Below are positions 1 through 8,756 of a stretch of 49,932 bases of DNA, piece after piece. This stretch comes from a virus (taxonomy: Duplodnaviria > Caudoviricetes): positions 1-49,932 of IMG/VR virus record IMGVR_UViG_3300030330_002882; one strand, written 5' to 3'. The notes under the pieces were generated by a model. It ran no database searches, was not told where the DNA came from, and saw only the letters and a list, made by a program, of their open reading frames with translations. The stretch's first letter is position 1. Every line of letters starts with the position of its first letter. The position numbers and the translations under genes were made by a program.

Positions 1-1140
1 ACCGCAACAAACTTGGCGGGCACGCTTACAACAGCAGCGCAAACATCGATTACAAGTGTCGGGTCTTTGAGTTCTTTGGCTATCGACAATAACGTGACCG
101 ATACGGCAGCAGGAACATATGCTGCAATGACGGTTGATTTTGACAAGACAGGTGCGAGTACATCGGACAATGACCTTGTCGGAATCTTTGTCGATATGGA
201 CAATACTACGGCTGAAGGCGGAACCAATACAATGACCGGCGCGTTGATTACTCCAACGCTAACTCACGCGCAGTCTTCGGGAACAACACTTGTAAAAGGT
301 ATTGAAATCACTGCTACTGGTAGTGGTCCCGGCAACACTACAACACGCGCACTGGACTTGACTGCTACAGGAGCAGACTTCAATCAAGGCGTGTTCATGA
401 AGATTGATAACGGTGGTCCAGACATTAAGATGTTGAGTTCTGCCAGTAACTCTGACTTCTCGACTATATCTACCGGAGCCAATGGTGAGTTGACTATTGC
501 AACAACCGATGGTGGTGGAACAGAGGGGCACATCAATCTTGTTCCTGATGGTCGAGTTGTCATTGGTGACGGAAGCGCCGTTGATACAAAACTTGTTTTC
601 GACGGTAATGCTGCTGACTTCCGTATTGGAATCGATGACGGAACTGACACGCTAGAGATTGGTAAGGGTGTTGCTCACGGTACAGATGCAATCATCAAGA
701 TTAAGTCTTCGACTAACCTTGAAATGATGCTGAACTCTGGTGTTGCCGATAATGAGGTTTCGGGAACACTTGCTATGTTTACTGCAGCCGAGGATCTCAC
801 CGCTGGTGAAGTAGTATGTTTTAAGTCAGATGGAAAAGTACACAAGGCTGTAGCCACGGCTTCGGCGACGAGTAGATGTGTCGCTATGGCAATCGCACCA
901 ACAAGCGCAAATGCAATGGGACCATTCTTGTTGAAAGGGTTTGCTCGTTTTGATAGCGAGTTCCCAACTTGGACTGTGGGGGGCGCACTTTTCACACCAG
1001 AAGCAGAGACATCCTCAAAAAATGTTCCTGAACAAACTGCTCCTGATACTGACGGAGACTTCGTTCAAGTCATTGGGTATGCTATTTCTGCCGATGCCAT
1101 TTACTTCGATCCCGATAGCACTGTGATTGAGGTAGCATAA
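1..1140 (+). CDS. Tail fibre protein, C-terminal part (continues in frame from 49462-49932 across the circular junction)
   Basis: Frame 1 is open from base 1 (ACC GCA ACA AAC TTG = TATNL) and joins the NAT repeats at the window end. Thr/Gly/Ser-rich, with the fibre-type segment GTLTTAAQTSITSVGSL. C-terminal ~120 aa (AAEDLTAGEVVCF...GDFVQVIGYA...IYFDP) resembles capsid-cement-like fibre-tip domains. Confidence 0.75.
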   Translation, partial: TATNLAGTLTTAAQTSITSVGSLSSLAIDNNVTDTAAGTYAAMTVDFDKTGASTSDNDLVGIFVDMDNTTAEGGTNTMTGALITPTLTHAQSSGTTLVKGIEITATGSGPGNTTTRALDLTATGADFNQGVFMKIDNGGPDIKMLSSASNSDFSTISTGANGELTIATTDGGGTEGHINLVPDGRVVIGDGSAVDTKLVFDGNAADFRIGIDDGTDTLEIGKGVAHGTDAIIKIKSSTNLEMMLNSGVADNEVSGTLAMFTAAEDLTAGEVVCFKSDGKVHKAVATASATSRCVAMAIAPTSANAMGPFLLKGFARFDSEFPTWTVGGALFTPEAETSSKNVPEQTAPDTDGDFVQVIGYAISADAIYFDPDSTVIEVA

Positions 1141-2333
1141 TGGCCGATTACGAGGCATGTAACGGTGTTGCCATTGGCAATCTTGAAGCTTGTAACGGAG
1201 TTTCAAAGGCAAACATTGAAAGCATCAATGGGCTTACTGTTCCTGCTGCCGCCACTGGTGCTACTCGTTGGGTCGCAATATGCGAAGACGGGTTCGTTGC
1301 ATATTGCTCGAACTCCGATCGTACATCTTGGCTAGGGTACAGTTCGGACACCGATGGCCAAGGCGGTCAAGGCACGGCAGATGGTCGGAATATCGCATTC
1401 GGAAAAAACGCAAGTGGGGCCGGTATATATGTCGGTTCGCGGGTAAGCAGTAGTCGTGAGCTTTCTGTCAGCGGGACGGACGTAACATCTACGGCAAACT
1501 GGACTGTTACTGACTTAGGAGTCGATGCTGGTACAGGTATCGGGGGCACTGTCTACAGGCAGATGGCGATGCAATGGGGAGCCCGGTCCAACGGTGCAAC
1601 CGCTGGGACGTGGATGAGCGTGGGGCATCAAGCCGCTAAAGAAATATTTAGGTCCACGGACGGTGCTGCTAACTGGACGGTTGTTGATCTTAGCAACATC
1701 AATAACCACAATCTGACGCAGTTTATACGCGGAATCGCCAGCGATGGCAGCGGTAATTGGATGACCCTACAGGGCCTAAACGGAGGGCGGATCTACTACA
1801 GTACGGACGACGGCGCATCTTTCTCTGCTAGTTCTCCTTTCACTTTCGGTCGCGGGCAAGCCATAGCCTATACGAACAACACTTGGGTGGCTGTATATAC
1901 AAGGTCCAACAAAATCTATGTGAGGACGTGCGCCGATTCCGATATCACCACATGGTCAAATGAAGTCCAGCTTCTCGGCGTGCCAAACCTTACTCAGGAG
2001 CAACAGAAAATCAGCATTGCGGCGGCAGGCGGAAAGTGTTGCGTAGTCGGTGAAGGTAGCTCCAACGTGATTAGCTTTAGCGTTAACGGAACTGTCGCCC
2101 CAACATCGGTAAAAACCTCCCTCTCTATGAATCAAGACACGCTATTCGACGTTGCAACAGATGGCACTACGTGGCTGCTGGCAACCAAGGACTCAGACGT
2201 TTGGGAAGCCAATCAATCGGATCTGACAAGCTGGACCCAGATCGTGAACGGGATCCATTACAACGCTGACGGAAGCGACAAGAATAACAAAGACCTACTC
2301 GGCATATGTGCTGATGTTGTTTTACCCTTGTAA
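1140..2333 (+). CDS. Asp-box/BNR-repeat beta-propeller protein, probable receptor-binding tail tip
   Basis: Asp-box motifs RSTDGAANW and YSTDDGASF; N-terminal triple repeat EACNGV/EACNGV/ESINGL; coupled to the fibre gene by TAATG overlap. Confidence 0.65.
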   Translation: MADYEACNGVAIGNLEACNGVSKANIESINGLTVPAAATGATRWVAICEDGFVAYCSNSDRTSWLGYSSDTDGQGGQGTADGRNIAFGKNASGAGIYVGSRVSSSRELSVSGTDVTSTANWTVTDLGVDAGTGIGGTVYRQMAMQWGARSNGATAGTWMSVGHQAAKEIFRSTDGAANWTVVDLSNINNHNLTQFIRGIASDGSGNWMTLQGLNGGRIYYSTDDGASFSASSPFTFGRGQAIAYTNNTWVAVYTRSNKIYVRTCADSDITTWSNEVQLLGVPNLTQEQQKISIAAAGGKCCVVGEGSSNVISFSVNGTVAPTSVKTSLSMNQDTLFDVATDGTTWLLATKDSDVWEANQSDLTSWTQIVNGIHYNADGSDKNNKDLLGICADVVLPL

Positions 2334-2365
2334 TATACTTAGTATTCCTAAAAGAAGGATTTGAA

Positions 2366-2746
2366 ATGTCTCTCAAAGTTTCTGGATTTAGTAGCGCTGC
2401 CTTGCAATATAAGATTGTGTTCTTTAATAACGCTAGTAATACACCAACCTCTGCCATCAATGAAAACGTCACTGGAACATCCGGTCGTTGGTATTCAGTA
2501 GATGCTACAAATGCTTCTGGTTCGGCAGTATATGTACGTCTTTCGGATGGGGCTGCTCCAACTCTTGGCACCACTGCTGCTGATTGGCAGTTTCATATTC
2601 CAGCAAACTCTAGTAAGCGTATTGAGATTCCTACTGGTGCTCCGTTTACGACTGGTCTAAATCTTTGGACTGGCGGAAACTCTGATCCTAAAAGCTCTAA
2701 TGCTCCTGCTGCTGGCGGAGTAACTGTAACTGTAGTTTGTTCTTGA
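2366..2746 (+). CDS. Small beta-rich virion protein (paralog of 2755-3138)
   Basis: 126 aa, AAGGA RBS; aligns by eye with the next ORF (Y.V..TN....VY..L.D......GTT; C-terminal V...C). Confidence 0.55.
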   Translation: MSLKVSGFSSAALQYKIVFFNNASNTPTSAINENVTGTSGRWYSVDATNASGSAVYVRLSDGAAPTLGTTAADWQFHIPANSSKRIEIPTGAPFTTGLNLWTGGNSDPKSSNAPAAGGVTVTVVCS

Positions 2747-2754
2747 GGTGAACC

Positions 2755-3138
2755 ATGGCTGTAACTGTAAGTAATATTGCTGATCCTCTTGGATCAAAAC
2801 TAATCATTGATGCAGATTCAAACGCTACTGCTGAAGATGATGTGACCGGAGCAAGCTCAACCATTATTTATGCGGTTGAGATTACAAACTCCGATAACCA
2901 AACTCCTGTATATACGAAGCTTGCAGATACAGGTGATGCTACTTCTGGTACGACAAACCCTTATGACATGGTAAAGGTGGCCTCGGGATCAAAAGAAACG
3001 TACATCATCGGTACTGGTTTATCGTATGGAAACCTTTCTTTTTGGACTGTGCTTAGTCCATATACATTTACAGCAGATAACACTGGCGCTGATGATCCCC
3101 CTGCCAGCCCTGTTCAAGTAAAGATTCTTTGCACTTGA
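2755..3138 (+). CDS. Small beta-rich virion protein (paralog of 2366-2746)
   Basis: 127 aa, GAGGTG RBS, shares motifs with the preceding ORF. Confidence 0.55.
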   Translation: MAVTVSNIADPLGSKLIIDADSNATAEDDVTGASSTIIYAVEITNSDNQTPVYTKLADTGDATSGTTNPYDMVKVASGSKETYIIGTGLSYGNLSFWTVLSPYTFTADNTGADDPPASPVQVKILCT

Positions 3139-3145
3139 GGTTTAT

Positions 3146-3334
3146 ATGTCTATTTTAGATACTTTATTTAACTCTCAGAAGCGTATGTCTTGGCGTCGTC
3201 TTGCAGTCCTTGCACTTGGTACGGGGCTGTTGATTGCGGGCCGTCTAGAGTCTGCTCAGTGGCTTTACTTGGGCCTTGCTTATATCGCTGGTGACTCGGC
3301 TGAAAAAGCAATGGCAGCACTCAAGAAGTCGTGA
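3146..3334 (+). CDS. Small two-TM membrane protein, holin-like
   Basis: 62 aa; SWRRL followed by two hydrophobic segments; GAGGT RBS; first gene of the lysis-like cluster. Confidence 0.5.
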   Translation: MSILDTLFNSQKRMSWRRLAVLALGTGLLIAGRLESAQWLYLGLAYIAGDSAEKAMAALKKS

Positions 3335-3573
3335 ATAAGGTCTGGAAGTATATTGTTGGCGTAGCTTCTGCATTAGTGGCTGCGCTAATCATTTTTAGGA
3401 AGAAGAAAAAAACTGAATCTATCGAAGCTCCTGAGAATCCTTTAACAAAGGTTGTTGTTGAACAAATAAATGATGATCTAGAACAAGAGTTAGAGAAGGT
3501 TAACTCTGCAATAGAGGGCGAAAGCCCAGCAGAAAAGTTGGCTAACTTAGGAAATAGCAGAGGTAGAAGTTGA
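3331..3573 (+). CDS. Membrane-anchored coiled-coil protein (spanin-like candidate)
   Basis: N-terminal TM (YIVGVASALVAALIIF), then RKKKK and an acidic helical region; GTGA overlap with upstream gene. Confidence 0.45.
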   Translation: MNKVWKYIVGVASALVAALIIFRKKKKTESIEAPENPLTKVVVEQINDDLEQELEKVNSAIEGESPAEKLANLGNSRGRS

Positions 3574-4010
3574 TTTTACTTTGTCTGATAGGTGTCGCAT
3601 TAGGTTCTCCTGTGCCTCAGCGACCTCCCCCACCAGACAAGGTTGTTGGCGAATGCAGCAGTAATATTCCTATTAGTCAGGGTCAGTTGCTGCCGGATGG
3701 TATAGCCTCTTCATCTGTCCAAGCTCACTGTTCGGCAGTAGCTGTCCCGCTTTCTCAATATGCAGACCTGTTAAACACTGAGCAGTGGGCTGTGGCGCTA
3801 AATAAAAGATATCATTTAGACGTAGCCAATCTTGAATACGAAGTTCAGTGGTATAAAGATAAGCTAAACCAAGAAACAAAGCAGAAACCTTTTTTAGAAA
3901 GGGCATCGACGCAACGCTGGCTTGGTAGAATAGAGACGTTAGTTGTTGTCGGTGTTGTTACCGCAGGTCTTGGTACAACTTATTATTACTCTTCTGGAGC
4001 AAGCAAATGA
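3570..4010 (+). CDS. Exported protein with C-terminal TM (spanin-like candidate)
   Basis: Hydrophobic N-terminus, Pro-rich stretch, two further Cys, coiled coil, C-terminal hydrophobic segment LVVVGVVTAGLG. Confidence 0.45.
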   Translation: MILLCLIGVALGSPVPQRPPPPDKVVGECSSNIPISQGQLLPDGIASSSVQAHCSAVAVPLSQYADLLNTEQWAVALNKRYHLDVANLEYEVQWYKDKLNQETKQKPFLERASTQRWLGRIETLVVVGVVTAGLGTTYYYSSGASK

Positions 4011-4294
4011 ACTACAAAGAGCTAGCTGTTCCCATTGGTACGATTATCTTTGCTGCCGGTATTTCGTTTGCTTCTTTTGATTCTGCTGCAAAAGATACAA
4101 AAGAACTAGACGATAGAGTTAAAAGTCTTGAGTCCAAAGAAGGTAAGCAAGAAGTTGTTGATTTAAAAATCGAAGGTGTAGAGAAGCGACTTGATAAGAT
4201 GGAAGAACTAATGGCGAAGATGCTTGAAGTTCAACAACAACAGGCCATCAATCAAGCCAAGATTTGCTCAGCAACTAATGCAGACTGTGACTAA
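4007..4294 (+). CDS. Membrane-anchored coiled-coil protein of the lysis cassette
   Basis: N-terminal TM, heptad-rich body, C-terminal Cys pair; ATGA overlap. Confidence 0.5.
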   Translation: MNYKELAVPIGTIIFAAGISFASFDSAAKDTKELDDRVKSLESKEGKQEVVDLKIEGVEKRLDKMEELMAKMLEVQQQQAINQAKICSATNADCD

Positions 4295-4869
4295 TGAGAC
4301 CTCTACTTTTAGATTACATTGAATCGATTGGTCATGTTGTATTTGAATCAGGTCAATACAACTTAAATATTATTGGTATCCGAAGTAAGGAACATAAAGC
4401 AAACAGCTTTGATGATCGCATTTGCGTTGTGTTTAAAGATGAGCATGGCTGGATTACTCGAACATGGAAATGCACAACTGAACCCGGAAAGTACTGGCTA
4501 GAAAACCCTACAAATATAGACGGAACTGCTATTCTTGTTCCCGGTCAATACCGATCTGTTTGGAAGATTGCAAAGCACCAAGGTAAATACGATGCGCTCT
4601 GCCAGAGGAACGGCACAGTCAAGACTTATCGTGATAGCAATAAAGACGATGTTATTGATCTTGATGTACAGTCTATTACTGAAGGCTATTACGGAATCAA
4701 TATTCACAAGGCTGGTCAGTCATCTACACAAATAGATCGTTGGTCTGCCGGTTGCCAAGTATTCGCTAATGCTTCTGACTTTGAAGAGTTTATGAGTATT
4801 TGCTATGCAGCAAAATCTAAATGGGGAAACTCATTTACTTATACTTTGATTGATGAACCGGAGTGGTGA
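4294..4869 (+). CDS. Endolysin candidate with L,D-transpeptidase/YkuD-like His-Cys motif
   Basis: TTEPG, GTAILVPGQY, YGINIH...WSAGCQV motifs seen in a phage peptidoglycan-hydrolase family; flanked by membrane-protein genes. Confidence 0.7.
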   Translation: MRPLLLDYIESIGHVVFESGQYNLNIIGIRSKEHKANSFDDRICVVFKDEHGWITRTWKCTTEPGKYWLENPTNIDGTAILVPGQYRSVWKIAKHQGKYDALCQRNGTVKTYRDSNKDDVIDLDVQSITEGYYGINIHKAGQSSTQIDRWSAGCQVFANASDFEEFMSICYAAKSKWGNSFTYTLIDEPEW

Positions 4870-5174
4870 TGGACGCTGTTCTGGACTCTTTACTCGCTGG
4901 AGGTCACCTAGGTCTCTTTGCTGCGTTTCTTGTGTATCAGTTTATGGCTATGCAAAAACGTCTTGATAAGCTTGTGAGCGGCTTTCAAGAGCAAGTAGAT
5001 GAAATCAGACGTGAGTATGGTGAGCGCACAGAGAAAATGCGTGAAAGATACGATCGAGTAATCGAAGAGTATAGAAGCAGAGAAGATGCTCAAGCAAAAG
5101 ACTTCTTAATCACAAGAACAAAAGTTCATAACGATATCGTAACAAAGCTAGAAAGAATCTTAGACAAGCAATAA
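4869..5174 (+). CDS. Holin-like protein (BhlA/UviB-like single TM plus coiled coil)
   Basis: GGHLGLFAAFLVYQF TM followed by a charged coiled coil; ATG overlaps the endolysin stop (TGATG). Confidence 0.5.
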   Translation: MDAVLDSLLAGGHLGLFAAFLVYQFMAMQKRLDKLVSGFQEQVDEIRREYGERTEKMRERYDRVIEEYRSREDAQAKDFLITRTKVHNDIVTKLERILDKQ

Positions 5175-5175
5175 C

Positions 5176-5355
5176 CTACTTTAATCCGTAGTTATCTCTT
5201 GCCCATCCCGATCCCTTCAATGAAAAGTTAGTTGCTACTATCTTTTTTTTCATTGATGAAGAGCATTTATTGCAGTCTGGTTTTGGATCATTGAATGCCT
5301 GAAGCATTTCAACTTTGGTTTTACATTCCTTACATTCGTAAACATAAAGTGGCAT
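5176..5355 (-). CDS. FmdB-family zinc-ribbon protein (59 aa, below ORF-track cutoff)
   Basis: Manual translation MPLYVYECKECKTKVEMLQAFNDPKPDCNKCSSSMKKKIVATNFSLKGSGWARDNYGLK: MPxYxYxCxxC...CxxC...FxLKGSGW signature. Confidence 0.85.
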   Translation of the reverse strand: MPLYVYECKECKTKVEMLQAFNDPKPDCNKCSSSMKKKIVATNFSLKGSGWARDNYGLK

Positions 5356-5356
5356 A

Positions 5357-5563
5357 TTAGGCTCGCATTTTAGCTTTGCTAAGACTGCTTAGTAGTACTG
5401 TGTGAGACTTTGATATTGTTTTAGAGCAGCTTTTACAGTTTGTATTCTTACCGCTTTTCGTCCAACCAGAGGGTAGAAAATAGTTCTCACCTCTTTTCGG
5501 ACAAACAACTGGAAACTTTTTGTGGCACGTACTGCATCTTAAATAGGTTCTTGAAGGTGACAC
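5357..5563 (-). CDS. Small zinc-ribbon protein
   Basis: CSTC...LPSGW...CKSC; GGAG RBS upstream; in operon between the HTH and FmdB-like genes. Confidence 0.6.
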   Translation of the reverse strand: MSPSRTYLRCSTCHKKFPVVCPKRGENYFLPSGWTKSGKNTNCKSCSKTISKSHTVLLSSLSKAKMRA

Positions 5564-5820
5564 TCGGGTGCTCCACTAAACGCATTTATGATGCTTAGAC
5601 ATTCTTTTGTAGATAGGTTTAAAGCATACTTTATTTTTATGAACGTGGGTATAGATGGAACTCGCTTACCTGACTCGAAGTAACTGACGGAAGCCGGTGT
5701 GACGCCTAGCATGCGCGCTAGCTCGCCCTGAGACAGGCCCCTTGTGCGTCTTTTCTCACGGATGATTCCAGAGATCACAAGGGCTACGCCCTTGTGCTGT
5801 GCTTGATTCGGTCGTTTCAC
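5539..5820 (-). CDS. XRE/Cro-CI family HTH transcriptional regulator
   Basis: IREKRRTRGLSQGELARMLGVTPASVSYFESGKRVPS is a canonical HTH_3. Start moved to GTG at 5820, preceded by GGGGAGG. Confidence 0.85.
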   Translation of the reverse strand: MKRPNQAQHKGVALVISGIIREKRRTRGLSQGELARMLGVTPASVSYFESGKRVPSIPTFIKIKYALNLSTKECLSIINAFSGAPECHLQEPI

Positions 5821-5900
5821 TTGACCTCCCCTTGACCACCAGTTAACTTGCCGTTTCGAGGCCGTCAAACCGTCTCGTCTAAACTCCCGTTTCGGGTCAA
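5820..5900. promoter_or_regulatory. Overlapping divergent sigma70-type promoters with candidate operator repeats
   Basis: Plus strand TTGACC(5821)-17-TAACTT(5844); minus strand TTGACG(5868)-17-TAACTG(5845); both -10 elements overlap the GTTAAC palindrome at 5842-5847; CCGTYTCG at 5851, 5870, 5887. Confidence 0.6.
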
Positions 5901-5908
5901 CAAATGGA

Positions 5909-7312
5909 ATGCAAATGAGTCTAATACCGGACCAGTCAGAACGCCTAGTACTAGGTACTCTATTAGTATCATCAGGTAATAAGTTACCCTTAGTAGAAGA
6001 TGTTCTAAAGAGTAATTACTTTTTTAGTGAGAAGAATAGAAATATTTATAATTGGATTTGTACTAGATTTGCTGAAGGTAAAGCAGCAGATCTTGTATCT
6101 CTTTTAGAGAGTGTAGGTACAAAAACTATTAGTAAGTTTGGTGGCATGGACTACGTCCTTGCTCTTGGGCAAGATACTGTAATAGGCGACGAAAACTTAA
6201 GAAGCTATTGCAAGAGAATCTCAGAGTTTCAGAGGCTTAGGTCGCTGTCACAAGCTGCGAGAGAAATACTATGCAATCTAGAAGATCTTGATCTTCCTCC
6301 AGCAGACATCATTAAAGCAGCAGAGTCATCAATACTAAACGTAAGTAGTCAGGCTGACTCAATACAAGGGATCCTCTCTATGAGAGAGGCTGCTGCTGAA
6401 CGTAAAGGATCTTGGGGAAAGATTATTGATGGTGAATCTGTAGAGTATGTGCCCACAGGCTTTGCATCATTTGACAATCATTACGTTGGTTGGCCCCGTG
6501 GATACATGACAATACTCGGAGGTAGGCCAGAGATTGGCAAGACTATGTTTCTTGTTTCTGCTGTACTTCGTGCAGCGCAGTCTGGCATTGCTCAAGGTGT
6601 TCTATCTATTGAGATGCCACGGTGGAAGCTTGTAGACAGAATGGCTTCTATTATTGCAGGTGTTCCGATTAGTGCTTTACACGAAAAGAGTGCCCATGAA
6701 ACTGAACTCATAATGCAAGCCGCAGATAAGCTTATGGATGAGCCAATATTTTTGGACGATGCTTCATCCACTGCTGACTCTGTTGAATCTGCAATACGTA
6801 GGATGGCAAGGCAGCATAACTGCCAAGTAATATGGGTAGACTACTTGCAGTTGATTCGACCTCCAGCGCACTTACCTGCAAGTAGAAACAGAGCTTGGGA
6901 GGTAGACGAGATAAGCGAAACTTTGCGTCGTTGTGCAAAGCAGGAAAATGTTGCGATCATTGCACTAATGCAACTAAACCGTGGAACAGAAGAAAGCTTC
7001 ACAAATGGTAGAAAAGGTGTCCCAAGTTCGCATCACTTTAGGGGATCAGACAAGCCTTTGCATGACGCTGCGCTTGCGTTTGGTTTGTATAGACAGTTCC
7101 AATACAAAAAACCCAAGAAGGTTAACAACGAAGATTACTCAAACGATGAGTTGGCTGGTATGCACCAGCCGTTTGAACTTGTTGCTCTCAAAAGCAGGGA
7201 TCACTCTAAAAAGAATATAGTTCTTTGGTCTAAGCTTAGGTTGCAACGTGTCTATGATTCACTTGACCAAGGCTTCAAGAGGCCAAACTGGTCCCCAGAC
7301 TTCATAGAGTAG
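5909..7312 (+). CDS. dnaB: Replicative DNA helicase, DnaB family
   Basis: N-terminal SERLVLGTLL; Walker A GGRPEIGKT; SIEM; IWVDYLQL; QLNR. Confidence 0.93.
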   Translation: MQMSLIPDQSERLVLGTLLVSSGNKLPLVEDVLKSNYFFSEKNRNIYNWICTRFAEGKAADLVSLLESVGTKTISKFGGMDYVLALGQDTVIGDENLRSYCKRISEFQRLRSLSQAAREILCNLEDLDLPPADIIKAAESSILNVSSQADSIQGILSMREAAAERKGSWGKIIDGESVEYVPTGFASFDNHYVGWPRGYMTILGGRPEIGKTMFLVSAVLRAAQSGIAQGVLSIEMPRWKLVDRMASIIAGVPISALHEKSAHETELIMQAADKLMDEPIFLDDASSTADSVESAIRRMARQHNCQVIWVDYLQLIRPPAHLPASRNRAWEVDEISETLRRCAKQENVAIIALMQLNRGTEESFTNGRKGVPSSHHFRGSDKPLHDAALAFGLYRQFQYKKPKKVNNEDYSNDELAGMHQPFELVALKSRDHSKKNIVLWSKLRLQRVYDSLDQGFKRPNWSPDFIE

Positions 7313-7590
7313 TGGCCAAGAAACGTAAGACTGCAAACATAAGTGCAGAGTCTTTTAGATTCAGGCTCAAACTACTGTCATTGGCAAAGGGAAAAAGCCT
7401 AAAGCAAATACATACGGAAGCTGGTGTGGACCCTCGACATACCAGAGACATCATTGCAAGAGGGAAAAATCCAACCTTTCTACTCTTAGAAAGGCTTTTA
7501 AAACCGCAAGGCATATCAATACTCCGGTTTACCGGAGACATAAAAAGCTTTGCAATATTTCTCAAAAAGGAGATTCACAATGGAACTTGA
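7312..7590 (+). CDS. HTH DNA-binding protein (XRE-like)
   Basis: SLKQIHTEAGVDPRHTRDIIARGKNPTFLLLERL matches an XRE-type helix pattern. Confidence 0.6.
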   Translation: MAKKRKTANISAESFRFRLKLLSLAKGKSLKQIHTEAGVDPRHTRDIIARGKNPTFLLLERLLKPQGISILRFTGDIKSFAIFLKKEIHNGT

Positions 7591-8341
7591 TTGGAAAACT
7601 GTTTGCGCTGAGCTTGCTAAACCATTTAATGACGAAGATGTATTTTGGCGTGTAGACAGATCGTTTGGTAACTGGGCTCGTGTTCTTTGCTATCTTGATG
7701 CCCGTGCTGTAATGGACCGACTGGATAGTGTAGTTGGCCCACAAAACTGGCGAGACGTTTATACAGAAACACAGAGCGGTAAAAATATCTGCACACTTTT
7801 CATCCGAGTTGGTGATGACTGGGTAAGTAAAAGTGATGGCGCAGGTAATACAAACATTGAAGGTGACAAAGGTGGTTTGTCTGATGCATTCAAACGTGCA
7901 GGAGTAAAGTGGGGCATTGGCCGTCACTTGTATTCACTTGGAGAAACCAAGGTAAACCTTTCAGAGCAGAGGCCAAGCTGTGAAAAGCATTACTTGGTTG
8001 TTGCAAGTAAGCGTGGTGAGAAAACAAAGTACGGTGTTGCACCTTCTATTCAGAAGATTCAATCGCATTTATACCCAAAGGGCATTGTGCTGGAGTCTAT
8101 TCGCAATGTCTTACGTAAAGAAAAGGTCGATGTAAGTGACATCCCACTGATACTTGAGGCTGCGACAGCCAACGTGGTTGATGGAAAGGTAACGATTGAG
8201 GGCATCAAACAATGCAATCCAAATGCGATGGAAGAACAAAGACTAATCGAACTTTCCAATAGGCTGAAGCTTTGGAGCAATACAGGTCAGTTTTCTAAGC
8301 AAATCTCTGACTATATCTCTGCTGTTCAAGGAGGTGAGTGA
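7580..8341 (+). CDS. Rad52/Rad22-like (Sak) single-strand annealing protein
   Basis: LAKPF, YLDARAVMDRLDSVVGPQNW, KGGLSDAFKRAGVKWGIGRHLY; ATG at 7580 after AAGGAG. Confidence 0.9.
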   Translation: MELDWKTVCAELAKPFNDEDVFWRVDRSFGNWARVLCYLDARAVMDRLDSVVGPQNWRDVYTETQSGKNICTLFIRVGDDWVSKSDGAGNTNIEGDKGGLSDAFKRAGVKWGIGRHLYSLGETKVNLSEQRPSCEKHYLVVASKRGEKTKYGVAPSIQKIQSHLYPKGIVLESIRNVLRKEKVDVSDIPLILEAATANVVDGKVTIEGIKQCNPNAMEEQRLIELSNRLKLWSNTGQFSKQISDYISAVQGGE

Positions 8342-8535
8342 TGGCAGCCAATACAAAGGAAAACAGAGATCAAGTAGCCGGTGAGATTGTAGAGGAGTGT
8401 AAACACAACACAGCCATCAAGGCTTACGTTGTGAAGGTTCTCTCTAATACATGGAATGCAGATGACGATAGCTGGAACTATGCATCGGATGAGTTGATGG
8501 GTCAGATCCACGGCGAACCGTTTGGAGGTGAGTAA
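8341..8535 (+). CDS. Hypothetical protein
   Basis: 64 aa, GGAGGTG RBS, coupled to both neighbours. Confidence 0.6.
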   Translation: MAANTKENRDQVAGEIVEECKHNTAIKAYVVKVLSNTWNADDDSWNYASDELMGQIHGEPFGGE

Positions 8536-8756
8536 TGGATCTGAGTGACGAACGATTTCACAAGAGGCGTGTGCCTTGGGAGCAGCTTGTAAACGAAGGA
8601 TATGACGTTCGACAAGTAATGATTGAGGCACAAAAACAGGGGCTACATCGCTTAGCCCGTGTTGCAAATGACAGGATCCGCAATCAAGAATGGCAAAGAA
8701 TGAGGAGTACACCAGAAGTTGAGGCTGTGCTTCGAGTCAGGGAGGATAAGCTGTAA
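8535..8756 (+). CDS. Hypothetical protein
   Basis: 73 aa, GGAGGTG RBS, TAATG coupling. Confidence 0.6.
   Translation: MDLSDERFHKRRVPWEQLVNEGYDVRQVMIEAQKQGLHRLARVANDRIRNQEWQRMRSTPEVEAVLRVREDKL

Noticed and set aside
1-2333. Diversity-generating retroelement targeting the fibre or propeller genes
   Set aside because: No reverse transcriptase motif in any ORF and no ~100-bp near-duplicate with adenine-specific mismatches seen.
6990-7210. DnaB C-terminal motifs diverge from consensus (FRGSDKPLHDA, KSRDH), suggesting an inactive helicase
   Set aside because: Walker A, DYLQ, QLNR and the K-x-R arginine-finger residues are retained; divergence is within what phage DnaBs show.
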